From an uncultured delta proteobacterium (lineage in GTDB: Bacteria; Myxococcota; Myxococcia; SLRQ01): DNA of 64,000 nucleotides. Numbering within the stretch: position 1 is the first letter of the stretch; every line of letters starts with the position of its first letter. Below the pieces are notes generated by a model, which did not search any database, was not told where the DNA came from, and saw only the letters and a program-made list of their open reading frames with translations. Shown here one piece after another: positions 19,369 through 29,267 of the stretch. The position numbers and the translations under genes were made by a program. The stretch spans positions 704,001 through 768,000 of the forward strand of contig CAVSGM010000002.1 of assembly GCA_963727485.1 (NCBI GenBank), read 5' to 3'.

Positions 19369-20510
19369 GCGTCCTCCCCGCCGACGGCGTCGGCGACGTC
19401 GAGGAGCCAGGGGCCGGCGTCGGGGTCGCCCTGGAGCCGGCACCCGGCGCGCCGGGCGACCTCGGCGGCCTCGTCCCCCCGGCCGGCGGGGACGGCGAGG
19501 AGGGCCACCACCCCGTCGGGCAGCGCCCGGGCCAGGTGGACCCGGGCGGTGTCGCCCACCGCCTCGAGGAGGGCCCTGCGGACCACCGGCAGGCGCGACC
19601 AGCGACACAGGGCGGTGAGGACCTCGGCGTCGCCGGGGATCGCCCGGCGGACCTCCACCGGCCCCGCGGCCCCGTCACCGCCGCCGGCGCGCGGGAGGCC
19701 GGTGCGCGCCTCGGTGGCCACCCGGCGGCCGCCGCCGGCGCCGCAGACCTCGTCGACCACCGTGGCCTCGAGGCCCACGCGCCGGGCCTCGCCGTGGCGC
19801 TCCCAGGTGAGGTGGGCCTCACCCTCGGGGCCGCCGTCGACGACGCCGAAGCGGTCCGGGAGGAGATCGCGCCCGAGGCACTCCGCCGCCGCCGCCACCG
19901 CCGAGGCGTAGTCGGGGAAGGCGTGGACCACCCGGCGCAGGAGCTGGGGGAGCCCGTGGACCCGGAGGGTGGCGCCGGTGATGACCCCCACCCGCCCCTG
20001 CCCCCCGACGAGGAGGGCCTTGAGGTCGGGGCCGGTGGCGCTCCTCGGGGCGACGGTGGTCTCGAGGGGCGTGCCGTCGAGGAGCACCGCCTCCAGGGCC
20101 ACCACCGGGCTCCACCCGGGGAGGGCCGCGGCGCCCCCGGGCCCCGGCTCGCCGGCGGCGAGGAGGGCGCCGAGGGGGGACGCCGGGAGCTCGGGCCAGC
20201 CGAGGGTGAGGCGGGCCTCGTGGAGGACCCGCTCCAGGCTGTCCACCGGGACGCCGGCCCCGACGCGGACCAGGTGGCTCTCGGCGTTCACCTCGATGGC
20301 GTCGAGGCCCTCGAGGTCGAGGGCCACGCCCTGGTCTCCCGGGGCGGCGTCGGCGCCGGCGAGGGCCACCGGTGCCCCGGCGTCCCGGCAGGCGGCGACC
20401 ACCCGGGCCACCGACCCGGGATCCGGCGGGCGGACCCGGAGGCCCCCGCCGTCGGCGATGCCCACCGCCGAGGCCCCGCAGGCCGCCACCAGCGCCTCCC
20501 GGAGGGTCAC
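19365..20510 (-). CDS. FAD-binding (PCMH) oxidoreductase, second and shorter subunit
   Basis: VRVGAG, PRSATGPDLKALLVGGQGRVGVITGATLRV; lacks the C-terminal HHH motif. Confidence 0.75.
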   Translation of the reverse strand: MTLREALVAACGASAVGIADGGGLRVRPPDPGSVARVVAACRDAGAPVALAGADAAPGDQGVALDLEGLDAIEVNAESHLVRVGAGVPVDSLERVLHEARLTLGWPELPASPLGALLAAGEPGPGGAAALPGWSPVVALEAVLLDGTPLETTVAPRSATGPDLKALLVGGQGRVGVITGATLRVHGLPQLLRRVVHAFPDYASAVAAAAECLGRDLLPDRFGVVDGGPEGEAHLTWERHGEARRVGLEATVVDEVCGAGGGRRVATEARTGLPRAGGGDGAAGPVEVRRAIPGDAEVLTALCRWSRLPVVRRALLEAVGDTARVHLARALPDGVVALLAVPAGRGDEAAEVARRAGCRLQGDPDAGPWLLDVADAVGGEDA

Positions 20511-22102
20511 GACGCCGCCTCCGCGCGCCAGGGGGTACCCGGGAGCGCCGGCCCGTCGCCGAGGCCGAGCTTGCCCGGGTTGAGGATCCCCGCCGGGTCG
20601 GCGGCGCCCTTGAGGGCCCGGAGGAGCCGCTGGCCGCCGGCGCCGAGCTCCCGGGCCATGAACCGCTGCTTGGCCATCCCCACCCCGTGGTGGTGGCTGA
20701 TGGTGGCCCCGGCGGAGGCCACGGCCTCCAGGGCCGCCGACCAGGTGGCGTCGTAGCGGCCGATCCCGTGGGCGGCGTCCCCGCTCCACCCGGTGAAGGT
20801 GAAGTAGATGGAGCAGCCCTCCTCGTAGGCGTGGGAGAAGTGGGCCATGACGAAGGCGTGATCGCGAAGCGCCCGACGCACCGTCGCGTAGAGGTCCGCC
20901 AGGCGATCCCAGGTGGTGGCGACCTCCATGGTATCGACGAAGGCGCCGGCGTCGAGACTTGGTGAGAGCTTGTAGCTCACCGCGTACCGGTGCTCGAGCC
21001 AGTGCTCCCCAGGGCCGGGCCCGAGGTCGGCGCCCCCGAGCTCGGCGCAGAGGGCGCGGCAGCGCTCGGCCTCGTGGTCGACGAGGCGCTCCACCTGCCC
21101 CTCGCTCCCCAGGACCAGCAGCGCCTTGCGCCCCAGGCGATCGACCGCGGCGTTGAGGACCGCCGGCCGGGTCAGGGCCAGACGCAGCGCCTCGCCGGTG
21201 AGCCGCTCGAGGGGCAGGCGCCCGGTCACGCCCCGGAGCGCCCGGCCCGCCGGGGCCAGCAGCGTCGACAGGGGCCCGCCGCCCCCGGTGCGGGTGCCCT
21301 TGCCCTTGTTCACCAGGGTGTCGAGGGGGTCGTAGAGGCGCACCACCGAGGGCCGGTGCCCCTCGGCGAGGATCCGGCGCATGGCCTCGAGGCCGGCGGC
21401 GGTGGAGGGCATGAGCACCCCGCGCATCCGCCGGAACGCCGGCGCCCGGCGCACCCGGAGCACCGCCTCGGTGACCACCCCCAGGACCCCTTCGCTGCCG
21501 ATGACCAGCTGCGCCGGATCGCGCCCGAGGACCCGGGGCCCGGCCTCGAGGCGGTGAACCTCGCCGGTGCCGTCGACGAAGGTCAGCCCGCTGACCAGGT
21601 CCTCGATCTTCCCGTAGCGCGAGCTCATCTGCCCGGCGCTCCGGGCGGCGACCCAGCCCCCGACGGTGGAGGTGTAGATGGACGAGGGGAAGTGGCCGAG
21701 GGTGTAGCCCTGGCGGCCGAGGCGGTCCTCGAGGTGCTGGCCGAGGGCCCCGGCGCCGACGGTGACCAGGCGATCCACCCGGTCGACCTCGCCCACGGCG
21801 TCGAGGCGCTTCATGTCCACCACGAGGCCACCGTGGAGGGGCACGGTGCCCCCGCAGACCCCGCTCCCGGCGCCGTAGGCGATCAGCGGCACGCCCTCGG
21901 CGGCGCAGAGGCGCACCAGGGACGCGACCTCGTCGGTGGACCCGGGCCAGCACACCAGGTCCGGGGGCTTCAGGGCCCTCGCCTCCCGGGCGAGGAGCAG
22001 GAGCCGGGGCCAGGCGTCCCGGGCGTAGGCGGCGCGGCGCGAGGGCGCGGCGGAGACGTGGGCGTCCCCGACGACCTTCGCGACCCGCGCCGGGAAGGTC
22101 AC
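20507..22102 (-). CDS. Alkyl-dihydroxyacetonephosphate synthase (AGPS)-like FAD enzyme
   Basis: YGAGSGVCGG, TLGHFPSSIYTSTVGGWVAARSAG..S.RYGKIED, PSVVRLYD, HFSHAY..GCSIYFTF, ISHHHGVG, LNPGKL. Confidence 0.85.
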   Translation of the reverse strand: MTFPARVAKVVGDAHVSAAPSRRAAYARDAWPRLLLLAREARALKPPDLVCWPGSTDEVASLVRLCAAEGVPLIAYGAGSGVCGGTVPLHGGLVVDMKRLDAVGEVDRVDRLVTVGAGALGQHLEDRLGRQGYTLGHFPSSIYTSTVGGWVAARSAGQMSSRYGKIEDLVSGLTFVDGTGEVHRLEAGPRVLGRDPAQLVIGSEGVLGVVTEAVLRVRRAPAFRRMRGVLMPSTAAGLEAMRRILAEGHRPSVVRLYDPLDTLVNKGKGTRTGGGGPLSTLLAPAGRALRGVTGRLPLERLTGEALRLALTRPAVLNAAVDRLGRKALLVLGSEGQVERLVDHEAERCRALCAELGGADLGPGPGEHWLEHRYAVSYKLSPSLDAGAFVDTMEVATTWDRLADLYATVRRALRDHAFVMAHFSHAYEEGCSIYFTFTGWSGDAAHGIGRYDATWSAALEAVASAGATISHHHGVGMAKQRFMARELGAGGQRLLRALKGAADPAGILNPGKLGLGDGPALPGTPWRAEAAS

Positions 22103-22614
22103 CGGCCGTCCTCCGCCACCGGGCCGCCCGCCGCCGGGCCATCCGCCACCGGACCCGCCGCCGCCGGGAGCGCCCCGGGCCGCCGGGCCAGGTCGGCGCG
22201 GATGGCGTCGACGATCTCCTTGAGGGGCACCCCGGTGGGGCAGACGGCCTCGCAGGCGGCGCAGCCCTCGCAGGTGCCGAGGGCGTCGAGGGCCGGCACC
22301 GTGAAGGCGTAGTCGTGCATCGACCGGCTGTAGGCCAGGGGGAGCGCCGAGAGGGCCGGCAGCACGCTGCGGCGGATGGGCACCAGGGTGTCGCAGGCGG
22401 CGTCGCAGAGGCCGCAGCCCACGCACCGGCTCGCGTGCCAGCGCCGCTCGCGCGCGGCGGCGGGGAGCGGGAGGTAGCCCTCGGTGCCGTAGTTCTCGAG
22501 GAACCGGGTCTCGCCCTTCTGGCCCAGGTGCGCGAGGCGCTTGAACGGCTGCACCACGAGGGCCTGGAAGAAGAAGATGGTGTAGGCCCACAGCTTGCGC
22601 TTGAGCTTGCTCAC
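22099..22614 (-). CDS. Small 4Fe-4S ferredoxin-like protein with an N-terminal hydrophobic helix
   Basis: CVGCGLCDAAC and CEGCAACEAVCP. Confidence 0.8.
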   Translation of the reverse strand: MSKLKRKLWAYTIFFFQALVVQPFKRLAHLGQKGETRFLENYGTEGYLPLPAAARERRWHASRCVGCGLCDAACDTLVPIRRSVLPALSALPLAYSRSMHDYAFTVPALDALGTCEGCAACEAVCPTGVPLKEIVDAIRADLARRPGALPAAAGPVADGPAAGGPVAEDGR

Positions 22615-23910
22615 GTGGTCTCCAACCCCGCGGCCAGGCGCCCGGCGAGGTGCCCGGTGAGCACCGCCACCCCACCCCCGCAGCGATCGCGCGGCCCATC
22701 ATAGCCCTCGAGGACCGCCCCCGCCGCGAAGACGTCGTCCCGGACGGGTCGACCGTCCCGGCCCAGGGGCCGGAGGCGGGCGTCGGTGCGCAGCCCCGCG
22801 TGGAAGGCCGCCTGGGGGGCCCAGGGATCGTCGGTGGTGAGGTTCGCCATCACGTCGTCCTCGAGCCACCGGGCCTCGGCGAAGATTCGGGAGGCCGAAG
22901 ACCGCCTCGGCGTAGGCGCCCTGGCGGGTCACCCCACCCCCGAGGTAGCGCCCGGGGGCGAGGACCACGGCGGCGGCGGCCACCGCCTCGGGCCCGGCGC
23001 CCGGGCGCGCCAGGGACAGCGCCCCGCCCGCGGCGGAGATGGTGCCGGTGACGCGCTCGACCCCGGCGGCGTCGAGGGCCCGCCCCAGGGCCCGGTGGAG
23101 GCGCAGCCCCGGGAGCGACGCCTCCCCGCCGGGGGACTCGACCACGGTGAGGCCCAGGGTGCGCGAGAGCTCGGTGGTGATCCGGGCCGCGTCCCGGGTG
23201 CCCGCCACCGGCGGCAGGAGCAGGTGGGTGAGGCGCTGGCCCTCGAGGGCCGGGCGCAGGGCGGCGACCAGGGCGGCGCGGCCGGCGGGATTGTCGAGGC
23301 GGCGGCCGAGGTCGGCCGGGAGGAGGTAGGGGGCGTCGTCGTCCCCGGGCCAGTCGACGACCACCGGGACCACCTGCCGATCGCCGGGGAGGCCCGAGAG
23401 GCCCCGGCGCCGCAGCTCCGGATCCACGGACGCCACCCGCCCGAGCGACACCACCCCGAGGCGCACGCCGTCGCCCCGGGCGAGGTCGAGGCCCACCATG
23501 GAGGCCTCGGCGACCGCCGCGGGCCGGGGCACCCCCGCCGAGGAGACCAGGTAGTGACTCGGGCGGTTGCCCTCGAAGGGCGAGAGGGCGAGCCCGGCGC
23601 CGGCGAGGGCCCGGGCGAGGCCCTCGAAGGCCTCGGCGAGGCGCCCGCGTCCCCGGGCACCGACCACGGCGTAGGGGTGGTGGGGCCGCCGGGCCAGGGC
23701 CTCGACGCACTCGCTGACGGTGCGGCCGCGGCCGAAGGGGGCGTCGGCGCCGGCGCCGGGATCCGGGGCGACCTCGAAGGCCCCGGTGGACAGCGCCGTG
23801 AGCCCCGGGGCCCGGGCCACCAGGGTCACGTCCTTCCCCGCCGCCCGGGCCGAGAGCGCCGCGGTGGCCCCCGCGAGGCCCCCGCCGACCACCAGGACGC
23901 CGGTCTTCAT
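22611..23910 (-). CDS. glpB: Anaerobic glycerol-3-phosphate dehydrogenase subunit B-like (frameshift at ~22886)
   Basis: VLVVGGGLAG, SLPGLRL, VLAPGRYLGGG, EAVFGLP, then shifted frame IFAE...AGLRTD...VFAAGAVLEGYD...CGGGVA. Confidence 0.8.
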
Positions 23911-25568
23911 GTCCCGAACCTGCCGGTCCGGCCGGTGTCGAGGCCGGCGCCGACGAGGGTCTCCCGGGCGAGCTCCTCCTGGGCGAGCTGCAGCCCGTCG
24001 AGGAGCGGCCGGCGCAGGCGCCAGAGGCTCTCGACCAGGCGGCGCATCTCGGCGCGCGCCTCGTCGGCGGTGAGGTCGCGCTCCCGGGCGAAGAGGGCCC
24101 CGGCGGCCTGGACGCAGCGGGTGCCGGCGCAGGGCCCGAGCCCCAGGCGGCAGCGGCGGGTGAGATCGACGAGGTGGCGCACCTGCTCGTGGCGGATCGC
24201 GTGGACCACCTCGGCGCCGAGCACGCCCTCGCACTGGCACACCGGCGCCTTGAGCCGGGGGTCGTCGCGGGTGAGCGCCAGGATGTCCCGGGCGAGCGCC
24301 CCGTGGCGGTGCACCAGGCGCGAGGTCTCCCACGCGGGGGTCCCGTGCTCGGTGGCGAGCTGCAAGGGATCGGGGACCGAGGCGCCGCCGGGAAGGGGCT
24401 CGGCGTGGGTGCGGCAGGGCGTCCGGGGGCGGCCGAGGGCGTCCTCGAGCTGGTCCACCGCCTCCTCGCTCATCAGCCGGTAGGCGGCGAGCTTCCCACC
24501 GATCATCGAGAGGAGACCCGGCGCCCCCTCGGTGGCGTGATCGACGATCATGTGATCGCGGGAGAGGGCGTCCTCGGTGTGCCCGTAGGCGTAGAGGGTC
24601 GGCCGGACGCCCACCCAGGCGCGCACCACCCGCGCCCGGCGGATGTCGGGGACCATGTGGGCCGCCCCCTCGAGGAGGTAGGCCACCTCGTCGTGGGTGA
24701 CGCCGATGTCGCCGGGGTCGCCGTAGTAGTCGTCGTCGGTGGTGCCGATCACCGAGGCGTTCTCCAGGGGCATCACGAACATCTCGCGCCCGTCGGCGGC
24801 CTGGGTGATGACGCCGTAGTTGGACATCTTGCGATCGAGGACCAGGTGCACGCCCTTGCCCGGGCGCATCTTCACCGTGACCCCGTTTCGCGCCGCGAAG
24901 CGCGGGGACCAGGCGCCGGTGGCGTTGAACACCATCCGGGCCTCGAGGCTGGTGTCGGCGCCGGTGTCGCGGTCCCGGGCGCGCACCCCGGTGACCCGCC
25001 CGCCGCCGTCGCGCAGGAGCGCCACCACCTCGGTATAGGTGTGGATCCGGGCCCCGTGGGCGGCGGCGTCGAGGGCGTTGAGGGTGACCAGGCGGTGGGC
25101 GTCGATGCCCCACTCGTCGATGGTCACCGCCCCGAGGAGGTCGTCCCGGAGGCCGGGCTCCAGGTCCTTGGCCTCGGCGGCGGTGAGGCGCGTGGAGGGC
25201 TTGCCGCGCTTGAGCGGCTGGTACCGGTCGTAGAGGCCGACGTAGCTCTCGGCGCCGTAGAGGTAGGCGCGATCGGCGACGGCGCTGCCCTCCCCGCCCT
25301 TCACCACCGGGTAGATGAAGGGGATGCGATCGAGGAGGTGCGGGGCGATCTGCTGGATGAACCCCGAGTCGCGGCTGGAGGCCTTGGTCACCGAGGGATC
25401 GGCGAGGAGGTAGCGCAGCCCCCCGTGGATCATCGACGAGGAGTTGCCGCTGGCGCCGACGGCGAGGTCGTCGCGCTCGAGGAGGGCCACCGAGAGCCCA
25501 CGCATCGCCGCGTCCCGGGCGATGCCCGTGCCGTTGACGCCTCCACCGATGACGATGAGGTCGAGCAC
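23907..25568 (-). CDS. glpA: FAD-dependent glycerol-3-phosphate dehydrogenase (GlpA-like, with C-terminal BFD-like Cys motif)
   Basis: IGGGVNGTGIARDAAMRG, IHGGLRYL, IGTTD, GVRPT, GGKLAAYRLM, CQCE...RCRLGLGPCAGTRC. Confidence 0.9.
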   Translation of the reverse strand: MLDLIVIGGGVNGTGIARDAAMRGLSVALLERDDLAVGASGNSSSMIHGGLRYLLADPSVTKASSRDSGFIQQIAPHLLDRIPFIYPVVKGGEGSAVADRAYLYGAESYVGLYDRYQPLKRGKPSTRLTAAEAKDLEPGLRDDLLGAVTIDEWGIDAHRLVTLNALDAAAHGARIHTYTEVVALLRDGGGRVTGVRARDRDTGADTSLEARMVFNATGAWSPRFAARNGVTVKMRPGKGVHLVLDRKMSNYGVITQAADGREMFVMPLENASVIGTTDDDYYGDPGDIGVTHDEVAYLLEGAAHMVPDIRRARVVRAWVGVRPTLYAYGHTEDALSRDHMIVDHATEGAPGLLSMIGGKLAAYRLMSEEAVDQLEDALGRPRTPCRTHAEPLPGGASVPDPLQLATEHGTPAWETSRLVHRHGALARDILALTRDDPRLKAPVCQCEGVLGAEVVHAIRHEQVRHLVDLTRRCRLGLGPCAGTRCVQAAGALFARERDLTADEARAEMRRLVESLWRLRRPLLDGLQLAQEELARETLVGAGLDTGRTGRFGT

Positions 25569-25578
25569 GGGCGCCAGC

Positions 25579-27351
25579 TCAGCCGATGTTCTTCACGTGC
25601 AGCTCGGCGAGCTGCTTGGGGTCGACCTCGCTGGGGGCCCCGGTCATCTGATCGACGGCCTTCTGGGTCTTGGGGAAGGCGATGGTGTCCCGGATGGAGG
25701 TGGCCCCGGTGAGGAGCATGACGATCCGGTCCATGCCCATGGCGATGCCCCCGTGGGGCGGGGCGCCGTAGCGGAAGGCGTCGAGGAGGAAGCCGAACTT
25801 GGCCTGCTGGTCTTCCTCGGAGAGCCCCAGGGCGTCGAAGACCTGGGCCTGCACCGCCCGGTCGTGGATCCGGATGGAGCCGCCGCCGATCTCGGAGCCG
25901 TTCATGGCCAGGTCGTAGGCCCGGGCCCGGCACCGGCCGGGATCGCTGGTGAGGTACGGCAGGTCCTCGGCGCGCGGCGAGGTGAACGGGTGGTGGAGGC
26001 TCACCCAGCGCTTGGCCTCGTCGTCGTACTCGAAGAGGGGGAAGTCGGTGACCCACACGAACGAGAGCTCGTCCTCGGGGATGAGGCCCAGGCGGTTGCC
26101 GAGCCAGAGGCGCAGGGCGCCCAGCGACGCGGTGACCACCCGCGCGGTGTCGGCGACGAACATCAGGATGTCCCCGGGCTCGGCGTCGAGGGCCTGGCCC
26201 AGCCGGGCGATGACGTCCTCACCGAGGAACTTCACGATGGGGCCCTGCCACCCGTCGGGGTTCACCCGGATCCAGGCGAGGCCCTTGGCCCCGTAGGGGG
26301 CGATCTCCTTGGGGAGGTTGTCGAGCTCGGAGCGGGTCAGGGTGGCGCCCTTGGCGTTGATCGCCTTGACGACGTTGCCCTTCTCCACCGTCTCCTTGAA
26401 GACCCGGAAGCCGCTGGCGGCGACGATCTCCGAGACGTCGACCAGCGGCAGGTCGAAGCGCAGGTCGGGCTTGTCGGAGCCGTAGCGACCCATGGCCTCG
26501 TCGTAGGTCATCCGGCGCATGGGGCGCGTCGGGGCCGGCTTGCCGTCGGCCTCGAGGATCGCCGCCATCATCCCCTCGACGACCTCGTAGATGTCCTCCT
26601 CACAGACGAAGGACAGCTCCATGTCGATCTGGGTGAACTCGGGCTGGCGATCGGCCCGGAGGTCCTCGTCGCGGAAGCACCGGGTGATCTGGAAGTAGCG
26701 ATCGAAGCCCGAGACCATGAACAGCTGCTTGAAGAGCTGGGGCGACTGGGGCAGCGCGAAGTACCGCCCGGGGTTCACCCGGCTGGGGACCAGGTAGTCG
26801 CGGGCCCCCTCGGGGGTGCTCTTGGTGAGGATCGGGGTCTCGAGCTCGAGGAAGCGGCGATCGGTGAGGTAGCTGCGCACCGCCTGGTTCATCCGGCTGC
26901 GGCGGATGAGGACGTCCTGGAGGTGCGGGCGCCGCAGATCGAGGTAGCGGTAGCGCAGGCGGATGTCCTCGCCGGTGGCGATCCGGTCCTCGATCTGGAA
27001 GGGCGGGGTGTCGGCGCGGTTGAAGATGGTGAGCGCGTCGACGATCACCTCGATCTCGCCGGTGGGCATCTTCGGGTTGATCTGGTCGCCCCGGGAGCGG
27101 ACCCGGCCCTGGACCCCGATCACGAACTCGCCGCGGAGCTCGCCGGCGAGGGCGTGGGCGGTCTCGTTCTCGGTGGGGTCGAACACGACCTGGGTGAGGC
27201 CGTCGCGATCCCTAAGATCCACGAACACGCAGCCCCCGTGATCCCGTCGGTGGTGGACCCACCCGAAGAGGACCACGGACTGCCCGATGTCCCCGGCGCG
27301 GAGTGCTCCGCAGCCGTGGGTACGCTTCAGATCTGTAATGAACTCGGCCAC
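25579..27351 (-). CDS. aspS: Aspartate--tRNA ligase
   Basis: RDHGGCVFVDLRD, TPEGARDYLVPSR, LPQSPQLFKQL, FRDEDLRADRQPEFTQID, GAPPHGGIAMGMDR. Confidence 0.98.
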   Translation of the reverse strand: MAEFITDLKRTHGCGALRAGDIGQSVVLFGWVHHRRDHGGCVFVDLRDRDGLTQVVFDPTENETAHALAGELRGEFVIGVQGRVRSRGDQINPKMPTGEIEVIVDALTIFNRADTPPFQIEDRIATGEDIRLRYRYLDLRRPHLQDVLIRRSRMNQAVRSYLTDRRFLELETPILTKSTPEGARDYLVPSRVNPGRYFALPQSPQLFKQLFMVSGFDRYFQITRCFRDEDLRADRQPEFTQIDMELSFVCEEDIYEVVEGMMAAILEADGKPAPTRPMRRMTYDEAMGRYGSDKPDLRFDLPLVDVSEIVAASGFRVFKETVEKGNVVKAINAKGATLTRSELDNLPKEIAPYGAKGLAWIRVNPDGWQGPIVKFLGEDVIARLGQALDAEPGDILMFVADTARVVTASLGALRLWLGNRLGLIPEDELSFVWVTDFPLFEYDDEAKRWVSLHHPFTSPRAEDLPYLTSDPGRCRARAYDLAMNGSEIGGGSIRIHDRAVQAQVFDALGLSEEDQQAKFGFLLDAFRYGAPPHGGIAMGMDRIVMLLTGATSIRDTIAFPKTQKAVDQMTGAPSEVDPKQLAELHVKNIG

Positions 27352-27591
27352 GGGGCGGCGAATATCGGGGCGTTGTCGCAGTGTGTCAAGCGAGGTCGGC
27401 GTCGGCCCCGGCGCCGTCGTCAGCCGGGCCGGGACGGGCCCGCCAGGGGGCGATCACCAGGGTCGCGGCGCCCCCCACGGCGAAGTCCCCATCGGCCCGC
27501 GGCGGGGCCTTCCGTCGCAAACTCGCGGTGGCCCCGGGGGAAAAGGACCGATTTCACGCCATTTGCGGGCCGGGGTGGATGCGCGTGAGGC

Positions 27592-27620
27592 TTGACAGGT
27601 GGGTGACAGACACCTATGGT
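27592..27620 (+). promoter_or_regulatory. Near-consensus sigma70 promoter for lipoprotein A
   Basis: TTGACA(27592-27597)-17 bp-TATGGT(27615-27620). Confidence 0.65.
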
Positions 27621-27704
27621 CCGCCGCCAAGCCGGGCTGGGGATTGCCCCGGAGCCGGTTACGGACAAGTTTCTGGCCGTTTCCTCGCAGAGGAGGGGAG
27701 AGTC

Positions 27705-29195
27705 ATGCACTCGTATCGTCGCGTCGCGGCCGTGGCCATCGCCGCGGGCCTGCTCGCCACCGCCGGCTGCTGGAACCCGGCGCCTGAGAAGTATCCGTCC
27801 ATCACCTTCTTCGGTGCCAACTACGGCACCATCACCGCAGGCGGTTCGGTCACGCTGACCTGGCAGACCCGTCTGGCCGAGAAGGTCAACATCGTCGCCA
27901 TCGACCCGTCGACCGGCAACCAGACGACCGTCAAGACCTTTGCCTCGGGCGACACCTCGGGCTGCACGGTCAACCCGACGTTCCCGGACTCGGACTGCGT
28001 GAAGGACGGAACCCTCCAGGTTTCGCCGACCACGGACACCATCTACAACATCGAGGCGATCGTGGGCGCCGGGGACTGCAGCCGGGATCCCGTCCTGGGG
28101 AACCTGCTCCACCCGGCCCAGTGCAACGATCTGAACGCCGATCCCAACGCCAGCCTCACGGTCCTTCCCGTGAGCGTGGTGCCGGCCTCCACCGTGTCCC
28201 TGACCGTGGGCGGCGGCGCCAGCACCACCGTCACCTCGGGCACCGACGTCACCGCCGACTACACCGTGAGCGCGGCGGCGTTCGACTTCGGCATCCTCGG
28301 GCAGGACACCAGCGGCAACCCCACCTACGACGCCTGCGGCGCCGACGGGGACACCACGGTGCCCTGCTGGTACGAGTCGGTGGACGCCAATGGCAACGTG
28401 GCCGACACCGGGACCATCAAGGTCCCGGGCGTGACCGCCACCATGGTGCTCACCGGTGAGTCCACCAACGGCGCCGACGACGGCGCTGGCGACGTGGCTC
28501 CGGGCACCCCGGGCTCCACGGTGACCATCAACGTCGGTGCGGCCTCCGCCCCGACGATCACCGCGGTCACGGTCGACGGCAACGACGCCCTCGGCGCCAC
28601 TCCGGCGACCGCCACGGCCGACACCGCCAGCCTCGCCTGGACCAACAACGCCGACGCCACCGGCGGGTCGCTGATGACCGCCATGGCCTCCGACGCGACC
28701 ACCGCCGGCGACTGCACCACGGTCCCCTCCGGGAGCTGGACCGCGGCCAGCGGCTTCGACTTCACCACCGGCACCTACGGCCTCACCGGCGTCACCGCCG
28801 ACATGTGCTACCAGCTGACCGCCACCGGCAGCGGGTCCGCCACCGACGTGAAGACCTTCATGGTGATGCGGCAGGTGAACATCGACACGGTCACCGCGAA
28901 CGGCAGCGACGCCCTCGGGACCACCCCGGTGTCGGCTGGCGCCACCAACCCGCCGGTCATCGCCTGGACCACCAGCAACGCCGGCAGCTACTCGCTGGCC
29001 ATGGTGGACAAGGGCACCGCCACCGATTGCGCCACGGCGGACTACACCGGCGCCACCCCGGTGACCGGCACCACCGGTGACGGGACCTACACCCCGACGG
29101 CGGCCATCTCGGCGGCGACCTGCTTCCAGCTGATGGTCACCCACCCGACGGACAGCACCCGGACGGCGACGGTTACCTTCGAGATCGACCCCTAG
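27705..29195 (+). CDS. Thr/Cys-rich modular lipoprotein A (Ig-like beta repeats), function unknown
   Basis: RBS AGGAGG, signal peptide with lipobox-like ATAGC, beta-rich modules containing Cys pairs. Confidence 0.8.
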   Translation: MHSYRRVAAVAIAAGLLATAGCWNPAPEKYPSITFFGANYGTITAGGSVTLTWQTRLAEKVNIVAIDPSTGNQTTVKTFASGDTSGCTVNPTFPDSDCVKDGTLQVSPTTDTIYNIEAIVGAGDCSRDPVLGNLLHPAQCNDLNADPNASLTVLPVSVVPASTVSLTVGGGASTTVTSGTDVTADYTVSAAAFDFGILGQDTSGNPTYDACGADGDTTVPCWYESVDANGNVADTGTIKVPGVTATMVLTGESTNGADDGAGDVAPGTPGSTVTINVGAASAPTITAVTVDGNDALGATPATATADTASLAWTNNADATGGSLMTAMASDATTAGDCTTVPSGSWTAASGFDFTTGTYGLTGVTADMCYQLTATGSGSATDVKTFMVMRQVNIDTVTANGSDALGTTPVSAGATNPPVIAWTTSNAGSYSLAMVDKGTATDCATADYTGATPVTGTTGDGTYTPTAAISAATCFQLMVTHPTDSTRTATVTFEIDP

Positions 29196-29231
29196 TCCAG
29201 AGGTCGGCAGGACTTCGGCCGCAAGGCCGGG

Positions 29232-29267
29232 CCACGAGCGTCCCAGTTGGGGCGCTCGTGGTGTTTT
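29232..29267 (+). terminator. Intrinsic terminator after lipoprotein A
   Basis: CCACGAGCGTCCC-AGTT-GGGGCGCTCGTGG followed by TGTTTT. Confidence 0.65.

Noticed and set aside
27674..27689. sigma54-like TGGCCG-N5-TCGCA before lipoprotein A
   Set aside because: The implied start site would fall downstream of the RBS, and a better sigma70 promoter lies upstream.
27352..27704. tRNA or riboswitch in the largest intergenic gaps (also 62742-62957)
   Set aside because: I could not recognise a cloverleaf, T-loop or known aptamer consensus by eye. A covariance-model search would be needed to exclude one.
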